Assembly: GCA_007132905.1 (NCBI GenBank)
Contig: SLNR01000020.1
Location: 5,859-69,858, forward strand
DNA length: 64,000 bases
Direction of reading: 5' to 3'
From: Candidatus Sumerlaeota bacterium
Lineage (GTDB): Bacteria; Bacillota; SLNR01
The stretch's first letter is position 1, and the number at the start of each line of letters is the position of its first letter. Below, one piece after another: positions 30,581 through 38,917 of this stretch. The position numbers and the translations under genes were made by a program. The notes below the pieces were generated by a model. That model worked only from the letters and a program-made list of their open reading frames with translations, was not told the DNA's origin and did no database searches.

Positions 30581-31501
30581 ATGAACATATTCAATCGTTT
30601 TAAACAATCATTGGAAAAGACAAGGCAGAACCTGCATAATAGCGTAAGTGGTCTTTTCTCTCGGCACGGAGGCTTGACAGAGGAAATGCTGGAAGAACTA
30701 GAAGACATTTTAATCGGGGCTGATATTGGTGTGACCACTACCATGAAACTGGTTGATACCTTAAGGGAGAAAAACCGCAGGCAGAGAATGAAGACGGACG
30801 AAGAAATTGTAGAGGTTTTACAAGAAGAAATCGAAAAAATGATAACAAACGGCACCAATGGAGAAGAACCGGTCAAACAGGAACAACCGCTTTTGATAAA
30901 TTTGATAGTTGGTGTCAATGGTGTCGGGAAAACGACTTCCATAGCGAAACTAGCTCACATGCATAAACAGATGGGTAAAAAAGTAATGCTGGCGGCAGCC
31001 GATACTTTTCGGGCCGCTGCCATAGATCAGCTTTTGATTTGGGGGGAGCGGCTAAATCTGCCGGTGGTCCATCATAAAGAAGGGGGAGACCCCGCGGCGG
31101 TTGTCTATGACAGCATTGAGTCGGCCAAAGCCAAAAAAATGGATGTGCTGATTGTCGATACGGCAGGAAGGCTTCATACCAAAGTAAATCTCATGGAAGA
31201 GTTAAAAAAGATGAAGAGAGTCATTCAAAGAGAACAAGAGACAACCGGCTGCGAGACGCTTTTGGTCCTCGATGCCACCACAGGCCAAAACGGGATTGCC
31301 CAGGCAAAAATGTTTCATGAGGCGGTGGACGTTGATGGAATTGTTCTTACCAAACTAGACGGGACAGCCAAAGGCGGGATAGTGGTGGCTGTGAAAGATT
31401 CTCTGGGGATCCCGATTCGATATGTAGGGACCGGCGAAAGCCTTGAAGATATAAGTGCTTTCGATCCAAAAGCTTTCGCACAAGCTTTGTTTTCGGTGTA
31501 G
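30581..31501 (+). CDS. ftsY: SRP receptor FtsY
   Basis: GVNGVGKTTSIAK, DTFRAAA, DTAGR, TKLDGTAKGG. Confidence 0.97.
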   Translation: MNIFNRFKQSLEKTRQNLHNSVSGLFSRHGGLTEEMLEELEDILIGADIGVTTTMKLVDTLREKNRRQRMKTDEEIVEVLQEEIEKMITNGTNGEEPVKQEQPLLINLIVGVNGVGKTTSIAKLAHMHKQMGKKVMLAAADTFRAAAIDQLLIWGERLNLPVVHHKEGGDPAAVVYDSIESAKAKKMDVLIVDTAGRLHTKVNLMEELKKMKRVIQREQETTGCETLLVLDATTGQNGIAQAKMFHEAVDVDGIVLTKLDGTAKGGIVVAVKDSLGIPIRYVGTGESLEDISAFDPKAFAQALFSV

Positions 31502-31524
31502 CTTTTCTTTTCTTTTTACTTTCG

Positions 31525-31551
31525 GCAGGAAAAAAAAAGCAAGAGAAGAAT
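31525..31551 (+). promoter_or_regulatory. Putative sigma-H promoter of the class-III aminotransferase
   Basis: GCAGGAAAA-N11-GAAGAAT matches the SigH consensus. Confidence 0.6.
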
Positions 31552-31729
31552 GATTTTAGGGAATGGGTAACTTAAGGGAAGAGTTGACGGTAAGTTCCTG
31601 CCTTTTTTTTTCACTTCAGACTGTTTAAGAAAAAAGATGTTACATTCTGTATTTGGACTTAGACAGCAGTATTTAAAAATGCGGGTGGAGACTACGGCTA
31701 GGTATTAAAATAGAAGGGAGCGGGGATCT

Positions 31730-33091
31730 TTGGAGAAAAAACACAGGGAGCTTCTAAAAAAGCTGGTGCCTTCTCTAAAGGATGTGCCGTCTGATTCAGA
31801 TTATTGGCTGAAGAGATCCGAAAAGGCTTTGGGAAAGAGCACTCATGATCGAGAGGTGTATCCCGTACTTGATCCCAATAAAGGAGAAGGGCTGCGCTTG
31901 TATGATCTGGAAGGCAATGAATATATCGATGTGACCGCCGGCGTAGCGGTAAAGGCGCTCGGCACTAGAAATCCCGACCTTGTGGCGTTTGAAAAGGAAA
32001 TTTCTCATGTGACCGAAGAATATTCCGGTCAAGATTTTGACTATATTAACCAAACTGTTTTATCTGAGCGCCTCACGGACATTACCCCTAATAGCAAAGA
32101 AAAAGAAAAGCAGTGTTTTTTTACAACCAGCGGGGCAAGAGCTATTGAAAATGCAGTGAAATCCGCCATGGATACCACTCGTAAACATAGATTTGTGGGG
32201 TTTCGACCCGCGTTTCACGGAAGAACGGGGCTGGCTCTAACACTAACTGCATCTAAAGCTGCTCACCGAGAGTATTTCCCCGCCGCTTTCCCCGTTGTAA
32301 GGGCTCCGTATGCTTATTGTTATCGCTGTCCTTATAATCTTAAACCTGAAGATTGCGAGCAGAAAGCTTATTGCGTCGAGCAGATCTACGACATGGTCAG
32401 TATGGAAGGAACCGATATCGCCGGGATTGTCTTTGAATCTATCTGCGGGGAGGGCGGAATTATCGTTCCGCCAAAATCCTTCGCGAAGGGTTTGCGAAAA
32501 CTGGCTGATGACCTTGACGCCGTTTTGATCGCCGATGAAATACAAGCCGGATTGGGAAGATCAGGGAAATGGTGGGCCTATGAACATGCCGGGATTGAAG
32601 TGGACACGGTTTGCGCTGCCAAGGCTCTAGGTGCGGGTTGGCCAATGGGTGTTACGATCGGCGATAAACCGATGTTTACGGCCGATGGAAGAAATTCTGA
32701 GACTTTCTCAGCAGAACCTAGGATGGCTTTGTTGTCTTTGTTTGTGCTCCATTACATTGAAAAGCACAACTTGATCGAGAATGCAGAAAAAATGGGAGCT
32801 TATATGCTCAAAAGACTCAATGAGATGAAAGAGAAATTCAAGTGTGTTGGAGATGCACGGGGACTTGGTTTGATGCTGGGCATCGAGATTGTTGAGGATA
32901 AAAAATCAAAGAAAAGGGATCCGGAGAAGCGGGATGCTGTCTTGAAAAATGCAGTTCAAAAGCAAAGGCTGCTAATCCTTCCTTCCGGAAAGAATACACT
33001 TCGGCTCCTTCCGCCACTGACAATCACCATGGAGGAAGCAGAAGATGCTTGCAATCGATTAGAAAAGGCTCTGGAAGAAACGAGCGTTTAA
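31730..33091 (+). CDS. Class-III PLP-dependent aminotransferase/racemase family enzyme
   Basis: DLEGNEYID, AFHGRT, PYAYCYRCP, GEGG, DEIQAGLGRSG, AKALG (PLP Lys), RGLGLMLG. Confidence 0.9.
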   Translation: MEKKHRELLKKLVPSLKDVPSDSDYWLKRSEKALGKSTHDREVYPVLDPNKGEGLRLYDLEGNEYIDVTAGVAVKALGTRNPDLVAFEKEISHVTEEYSGQDFDYINQTVLSERLTDITPNSKEKEKQCFFTTSGARAIENAVKSAMDTTRKHRFVGFRPAFHGRTGLALTLTASKAAHREYFPAAFPVVRAPYAYCYRCPYNLKPEDCEQKAYCVEQIYDMVSMEGTDIAGIVFESICGEGGIIVPPKSFAKGLRKLADDLDAVLIADEIQAGLGRSGKWWAYEHAGIEVDTVCAAKALGAGWPMGVTIGDKPMFTADGRNSETFSAEPRMALLSLFVLHYIEKHNLIENAEKMGAYMLKRLNEMKEKFKCVGDARGLGLMLGIEIVEDKKSKKRDPEKRDAVLKNAVQKQRLLILPSGKNTLRLLPPLTITMEEAEDACNRLEKALEETSV

Positions 33092-33138
33092 GAATTGAAA
33101 GAGCGCTCCTCTTTTTTGGAGGAGCGCTCTTTCAATTC
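33092..33138. terminator. 20-bp perfect inverted repeat after the aminotransferase
   Basis: GAATTGAAAGAGCGCTCCTC-N7-GAGGAGCGCTCTTTCAATTC. Confidence 0.8.
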
Positions 33139-33142
33139 ATTC

Positions 33143-33171
33143 TTGTGCGCGGAGTCTTGTTCTGGTATTCT
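33143..33171 (+). promoter_or_regulatory. Putative sigma-A promoter of the sucC/sucD-like unit
   Basis: TTGTGC-N17-TATTCT with TGn extension. Confidence 0.45.
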
Positions 33172-33207
33172 ACAAACTGAGTAGGACAAAGGAATGGAGA
33201 GGTGTTT

Positions 33208-34314
33208 ATGAAGATCGGCGAGCATAAAGCGATGGCGTTATGTAAACATTTTGAGATACCGACAGTCAACCACTATCTGATTGAAACCAGCTCAATCCCT
33301 GTGGATGACTGGGCACCCATGAAGATGCCGGTGGCTTTTCAAAAGATTTCTTTACAAGAAAAGAGCCCCACCCAAAGGGTTGAAGAAGAAGAAGATTTGA
33401 TTTTTTTTGTGGAGAATTTTTTTCAATCACGAGAAAAAGGGGATAAAATTTTCATAAAGGAGCTGCCGATTTTTAAAGAAAAAATCTTTGTAGACATGGG
33501 CATCAATTATCAAGCGGGGAGTGTTTTTTTAAGGATTGTACCTTGCAAAGGAGCTCTTGTAAAGGAAATTGAAATGGAAATGATGAGCGAGCAAGAAATA
33601 AGCCAACATCAGTTTTTTGAATTTGTCCGTAGCGGCGGGTTTCAGGGACATGTTCTAAATCAAATGGGCCGGCTGCTTTTTCGAATGACTCACATGTTTT
33701 TTCAGGCGGATTTAACAGAAGTCAAGCTGTCTCCCGTCCACATGACCCTGGAAGGGGATGTTTTGGTGGGCGGTGTTAAAATGGAGATGGATGATGCGGC
33801 TTTAAGCAGACAGGAGAAAGTCCTTGACTTTTATCGGGGAGATCAAGAAAACGATCTGCTGAGAGAATTTCGTCAGGCAAGTCTTGTCTATAGAGCAATT
33901 GACCTGCAAGGAGAGGTCGGCGTCATTGCCAGCGGAATCGGACTCACTTTGTCCTCGTTGGATTATGTGGTGCAGGCAGGTTTGTCGGCGTGCGGAAGTC
34001 TTGTTTTGGGCGGGGGCATTCTTGAAGAGAAAATGGCTTCCGGGGTTAGATTAATGAAAAAGATCAAGGGGATACAAGGAATATTGATTAATGTTTTTGG
34101 CGGGGCTAACAGCTGTGAGATTATGGCGAAAGGGATTGCCACCGGTTTGGAAGAAGAGCCGCAAGATATCCCTATTATTGTAAAAATGACCGGTCATGAC
34201 CAGGAAGAGGGATGGCGAGTGCTTGAAGAGGCGGGACTGTTTTTGGTTCGCAGTCCGTCTAGTGAACTTGCTGTGGAAAGCCTGAAGAAATTGACTTTAG
34301 CAGAAAGGAAGTAA
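33208..34314 (+). CDS. Succinyl-CoA synthetase beta-like protein with degenerate ATP-grasp site
   Basis: Colinear with SucC (MKIGEHKA, DDAALSRQ, SGIGLTLSSLD, LGGG, INVFGG..C...AKGI) but lacks KAQVxxGGRGK and EINP; RBS GAGGTG. Confidence 0.8.
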   Translation: MKIGEHKAMALCKHFEIPTVNHYLIETSSIPVDDWAPMKMPVAFQKISLQEKSPTQRVEEEEDLIFFVENFFQSREKGDKIFIKELPIFKEKIFVDMGINYQAGSVFLRIVPCKGALVKEIEMEMMSEQEISQHQFFEFVRSGGFQGHVLNQMGRLLFRMTHMFFQADLTEVKLSPVHMTLEGDVLVGGVKMEMDDAALSRQEKVLDFYRGDQENDLLREFRQASLVYRAIDLQGEVGVIASGIGLTLSSLDYVVQAGLSACGSLVLGGGILEEKMASGVRLMKKIKGIQGILINVFGGANSCEIMAKGIATGLEEEPQDIPIIVKMTGHDQEEGWRVLEEAGLFLVRSPSSELAVESLKKLTLAERK

Positions 34315-34318
34315 AAAG

Positions 34319-35206
34319 ATGGCCGTCTTAATTGACAGTAATACAAAGATTATGGTGCAGGGTATAACAGGGGCACAAGGAGCTTATCATTCACAGCTGA
34401 TGAATCTGTATACAAAAGACCGCGTTGTGGGCGGGGTCAGTCCAGGCAGAGGCGGGATGAACATTTCCGGTATTCCTGTTTATGATACGATCTCGGCTCT
34501 GAAAAAAGAAGCCCAAGTGGATGCTTCTTTAGTCATGGTGCCTCACCAGCATGTCCTTGATGCTGTCTGGGAGGCTGTGGACAACGAGATTGAGCTGGTC
34601 GTCATTGTAGCAGAAAATGTTCCTCTGCATGATACCATACGAATGAAGTCGCTCTCTCGGGGTAGCAGGACAAAGATAATCGGGCCCAATACCATGGGCA
34701 TTATTAGTCCAGGGAAAAGCAAAATCGGTGTGATGCCGGAAAAGCTCTATAAAGAAGGGAAAGTGGGCATTCTTTCTCTTTTGGGCACGCTGAATTATGA
34801 AGCGGCTTGGAATTTGAGTGAAAACGGAATCGGACAATCCACCTGCCTGGCCATCGGAGGCGACAAGCTGACAGGAATCAGCATTACAGAGGGGCTAGAG
34901 TATTATCGGCTGGATGAACGAACCGAACAAGTCATCCTCATAGGCGAAACACCTTATCTTGATATTGAAGGGATCTATCATTATTTAAGCAGTGCTTCCT
35001 ACCATAAACCGATCTATGCCTTTTTGGCAGGACAGTCGGCTTCCTTGTATTACGGAAAAGATTTCTTTTCTCGGTTAGGTTGTGGCGAGCCATATCCAAT
35101 CGACATTAAAGAGGCGAGAAAAAAACTAGAAGCCTGCCGAGTAAGGGTTATGGACTCCATGACAGAACTTATAGATGGGATCAAAATGGCTCATCATGGA
35201 AAATAA
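34319..35206 (+). CDS. Succinyl-CoA synthetase alpha-like protein lacking the phospho-His
   Basis: VQGITG.QG.YH, GGVSPGRGG, IGPN.MG, GQST..IGGD, IGE retained; MGHAG loop replaced by SLYYGKDFFSRLG. Confidence 0.85.
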   Translation: MAVLIDSNTKIMVQGITGAQGAYHSQLMNLYTKDRVVGGVSPGRGGMNISGIPVYDTISALKKEAQVDASLVMVPHQHVLDAVWEAVDNEIELVVIVAENVPLHDTIRMKSLSRGSRTKIIGPNTMGIISPGKSKIGVMPEKLYKEGKVGILSLLGTLNYEAAWNLSENGIGQSTCLAIGGDKLTGISITEGLEYYRLDERTEQVILIGETPYLDIEGIYHYLSSASYHKPIYAFLAGQSASLYYGKDFFSRLGCGEPYPIDIKEARKKLEACRVRVMDSMTELIDGIKMAHHGK

Positions 35207-35255
35207 AGAGCCTGAATATTTACGATAAAAAGCTAAAGAAATGAGGGATTGTGAA

Positions 35256-36860
35256 GTGTATGATGTGATAATTAAAAACGGTATTATTGCCGATGGCACG
35301 GGAAAAGAAGTGTATAAGGGCGATGTAGCGATTGCTGGTGAAAAAATTGCAGCCATAGGAGATTTGGATTCAAGCCAAAGCCAAAAGGTCATCGATGTTG
35401 ATCAAAAGGTCATTGCCCCCGGCTTTATTGATATTCACTCCCACTCCGATGCCACCTTGTTAGCCAATCCGCTGGCTGAAAGCAAAGTTCGTCAAGGAAT
35501 AACAACAGAAGTTACCGGACAGTGCGGAACTTCGGCAGCGCCTGTGATGGGAGAAGGATTGAAAAGCATACAGAAACTCTATGATAAATTTGATGTGCAG
35601 ATCCAATGGAATACGGTGGCCGAATATCGCGCAGAACTCGAAAAGAAAAGAGTTTCTGTCAATACGGCCCCATTAATTGGCTTAGGGACGGTTCGAATGG
35701 ATGTGATGGGGCATGCTTCGCGAGCTGCTTCAGAAGAAGAACTGAAGAATATGGAAAAAGTTATTGATCAAGGTATGTCAGAAGGTGCTTTTGGAGTTTC
35801 AAGCGGACTGATTTATCCACCGGGCTGTTTTAGCAGCACAGAAGAACTAGTAAGAATGGCTCGTGTGGTAGCAAAATATAACGGACTTTATGTCAGTCAT
35901 ATCCGTGGAGAGAGCGAAACCCTTATAGCTTCTGTGAAGGAAGCTATTGATATTGGAGAACGCTCCGGAGCTCGAGTTCACATTTCTCATCATAAAGCAG
36001 CGGGGAAAGATAATTGGGGAAAGGTTGAAGAAACCCTTGGCATGATTGATGACGCTAGGTGTCGAGGCATTGACGTGGCGTTCGATGTTTATCCGTACAT
36101 TGCCGGCAGCACTTCATTGGTTACTTTGATTCCGTCTTGGGCGCATGAAGGCGGAACGGAAGCACTGCTGACTCGTCTTAAAGATGAAAAGATAAGAGGA
36201 CGATTAAAAAAGGAGATTCGTGAGGGGATTGAAGGTTGGGAAAATTTTGCGGCCGCCGCGGGCTGGGAGAATATCCTCATCGTGCGTCTTGAGTCGGATA
36301 AAAATAAGACATTTGAAGGGAAGACCATCGAAGAAGCCGCCAAACTTAGGGATCAAACCCCGATGGATACAATTTTTGACTTGGTCTTAGAAGAAGAAGG
36401 GCAGACTGTTTCTATGGTTATGTTTTTGATGTGCGAAAAAGACGTGGAACAGGTGATGAAGCATCATGCCGCCCATATCGGTTCAGATTCTGCAACAGTG
36501 GCTCCTTATGGAATTCTAGGATCAGGCAAACCTCATCCGAGAACCTACGGTACATTCCCCAGGGTTTTAGGAAAATATGTCAGGGAAAGAGAAGTTTTGC
36601 CGCTGGCAGAAGCGATTAAGAAAATGACGGGGGCCTCGGCGGACCGCATGGGCATGAAAGGAAGGGGATACATTCAAGCAGGTAATTACGCCGACATAGT
36701 GGTTTTTGACCAACATCAAATTGAAGATCAGGCCACTTTCTCAGCTCCTCATCAGTACGGCAAAGGAATCCATTATGTCTGGGTGAATGGCGAACTGGTG
36801 GTATGTGAAGGCGAGCATACCAAAAAAGGGCCTGGTAAAGCGTTGTTTTTCCAACCCTAG
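35256..36860 (+). CDS. N-acyl-D-amino-acid deacylase (D-aminoacylase)
   Basis: PGFIDIHSHSD, GQCG, YPPG, SHIR.E, ISHHK, DVYPY, GSD, PHPR.YGTFPRVLG; GTG start (alternative 35241). Confidence 0.9.
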   Translation: MYDVIIKNGIIADGTGKEVYKGDVAIAGEKIAAIGDLDSSQSQKVIDVDQKVIAPGFIDIHSHSDATLLANPLAESKVRQGITTEVTGQCGTSAAPVMGEGLKSIQKLYDKFDVQIQWNTVAEYRAELEKKRVSVNTAPLIGLGTVRMDVMGHASRAASEEELKNMEKVIDQGMSEGAFGVSSGLIYPPGCFSSTEELVRMARVVAKYNGLYVSHIRGESETLIASVKEAIDIGERSGARVHISHHKAAGKDNWGKVEETLGMIDDARCRGIDVAFDVYPYIAGSTSLVTLIPSWAHEGGTEALLTRLKDEKIRGRLKKEIREGIEGWENFAAAAGWENILIVRLESDKNKTFEGKTIEEAAKLRDQTPMDTIFDLVLEEEGQTVSMVMFLMCEKDVEQVMKHHAAHIGSDSATVAPYGILGSGKPHPRTYGTFPRVLGKYVREREVLPLAEAIKKMTGASADRMGMKGRGYIQAGNYADIVVFDQHQIEDQATFSAPHQYGKGIHYVWVNGELVVCEGEHTKKGPGKALFFQP

Positions 36861-37147
36861 ATTAGTTATCCTTGAGCTTGTCCTTTTGGATAAGGACGCC
36901 TAATGGTGATACTAGCCATTCTAAAGTGAATTTTATTGCTTGGTTGTTCCTGATCGAAAATCTTCTTTTAGTTCTTTGCCAAGGGTTTCCCAGTGGACAG
37001 CTTCATAATTGTTTAAACGGTGTCGATATGACAAGCGAATTTGTGCTTATCGCTACTAAGGAGAGCCGTTAGCCGTTTTGTGAATATCATGGGATACACA
37101 GACCGGCAGCTAACTGCCGGATGGCAATTTGATGAGGGAGGGATTTC

Positions 37148-37435
37148 ATGAAAAAGGTAAAGGTTTACGGAAGCAAACACTGCCCGGACTGTAAACCTGT
37201 CTTGGATTTGCTGTTTGCCCACGGGATCGAATTTGAGTATGCAGATATCACAGAAGGGTTGTGGCAGGTCAAAGAGTTTTTAGATCTGCGGGAGAACCGT
37301 TCTGAATTCAACCGGATTCGGAAATCGGGGGCCATCGGGTTTCCCTGCATCGTTGTCGGTGATGAAGAAGCGATCTTTTTTCAGGATTTTGACATCGAAG
37401 AACTGGCTGCCCTTGTCAAAAGCAAAAAGCAGTGA
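37148..37435 (+). CDS. Glutaredoxin-related protein
   Basis: YGSKHCPDC active site, IGFPC cis-Pro motif; RBS GGAGGG. Confidence 0.85.
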   Translation: MKKVKVYGSKHCPDCKPVLDLLFAHGIEFEYADITEGLWQVKEFLDLRENRSEFNRIRKSGAIGFPCIVVGDEEAIFFQDFDIEELAALVKSKKQ

Positions 37436-37757
37436 TTTTGTTTGCGTTGAAAAAGAAACAGCGTAAAGATGAGATTTAACTGGTGGGCCCTCAAATAGAA
37501 AGGCGTTGACAAAACCTGCCGGGAAAAGAGTTACATGAGTATGCCCCGGGTACTACAAGCGTGGCCGCTGAGTCAGTCAGCTGCTTTGTACCTTTTGTGT
37601 TGCAGGTTGGCCCTATGCAAGGTAAATGTTGTTTTAGAAAAAATGTTTATTAAAATAGTGTACTTTATTTTGATAACTAGGCAACTTTTTGTTTCAATTG
37701 AGATATAAGTATTGATGCATAAGATGAATAATGAGTGTTATTAAAAGATGGGATAAG

Positions 37758-37782
37758 GGAACTTCTTGATTTAAATTCCGTC
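37758..37782 (+). promoter_or_regulatory. Putative ECF-sigma promoter
   Basis: GGAAC-N16-CGTC, the AAC/CGT pattern of Bacillota ECF promoters, ~60 nt before an exported-protein gene. Confidence 0.5.
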
Positions 37783-37841
37783 TAATTAAAGGCTGGATGA
37801 TCTAAAAGTCGATCTAAAATTATTTATAAAGGTGATCTATA

Positions 37842-38363
37842 TTGAAAAAATTTAAACTTTTTCTTTTAGGAACATTCATAACATTGATATTATCATCTAT
37901 CTATGTTGAGAAAAACTATTTGTACAGCCCTTTTACATTCCCACAAGGAAACATAGATGATTTAAGCAATTATTCCTTTTGGGATTTCAAGAAGCCCATT
38001 GTTATGCAAGCAGTCAAGTGGGATGAAGGGGAGCAAAGTTTTTCTCATTATGTTACAAATGAGGAAGATATAAAAAACTTACTCCAACAGTTTGATGAAG
38101 CCCGTAAAATAAAAGCATATTCAAGCACTCCCGCTGAAGACAGCGGAGCAAAGTACAGTATAATATTTAGACAAGTTGAAGGATTTAAGCAAGTTGAAGA
38201 TTGGGACCATGATATAGCTCAAGGAAGGAATTTAATTGAATTCCGCTTCTATGAAAATTATGATGTAATTGACGTCAGTGGAGTACATTTTTATGAATTA
38301 GAAACCGACTTCAGACAAGACATAGTAAGTCTTTTATACAAAGAAAAATGGCATTATTGGTAA
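37842..38363 (+). CDS. Hypothetical membrane-anchored/exported protein
   Basis: KK + hydrophobic N-terminus; RBS AAGGTGA; AT-rich surroundings. Confidence 0.7.
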   Translation: MKKFKLFLLGTFITLILSSIYVEKNYLYSPFTFPQGNIDDLSNYSFWDFKKPIVMQAVKWDEGEQSFSHYVTNEEDIKNLLQQFDEARKIKAYSSTPAEDSGAKYSIIFRQVEGFKQVEDWDHDIAQGRNLIEFRFYENYDVIDVSGVHFYELETDFRQDIVSLLYKEKWHYW

Positions 38364-38917
38364 TAATTGTATTAAAGGGGATTGAGCAAATAGTAGCAGG
38401 TATTTTCCAATTTGTATCTAATGCGGTAGGTGCAATATACTCTTTTAGGCGACACAAATAAACCTTTAAAGAAATAGCGAAAGGCTACCAAAAAAAATTT
38501 TAGAAGAAGGCAGTTTATGCCTTCTTTTTTTGCATTTTAAATTTTGCAATACTTATGAGGGCTTTTTCTAAGGGTTTTGGTAGTACTTCTAAAGTTAAAT
38601 TCCGAACAGGTTTTAAACAGCTGAATAATTTGATCCTCCCTATCACTTTTCTTGACCTTTTAAAAACTTCGGATATGGTAGACTTTAGTTTTAAAGTTGA
38701 TTGCTTTCTGTCGAAAAACAACGGTATATGGCTAAAGCTATTGAAAACAGAAAAGGGATTTGCTATGATTAAACAATAAGGATAGTCAAGCATGGGCGGA
38801 GGATCAGCAGAGCAAGTGTTGGCAGGGTCCGGGCCGGTTACTCATTTGCTTGTCTGTTCTGGCTTTATTAAGAAAGGACACAGTTGATAAAAAACAGTAC
38901 TGTTAGGGAGGGATATT

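Noticed and set aside
34950..35206. Frameshift or sequencing error explaining the missing His loop in the SucD-like gene
   Set aside because: The frame resumes SucD-like sequence after the loop (LEACRVRVMDS), spacing is near canonical, and no GHAG was seen in the alternative frames.
36861..37147. Riboswitch or small ORF upstream of the glutaredoxin (hairpin CCGGCAG-CTAA-CTGCCGG)
   Set aside because: Only an isolated short hairpin; no known aptamer consensus and the listed ORFs lack an RBS.
6861..37435. Selenocysteine read-through at TGA stops (MoaD/ThiS 6861-6863, glutaredoxin 37433-37435)
   Set aside because: Both proteins are complete at the TGA (C-terminal GG; CPDC already present) and no catalytic position is interrupted.
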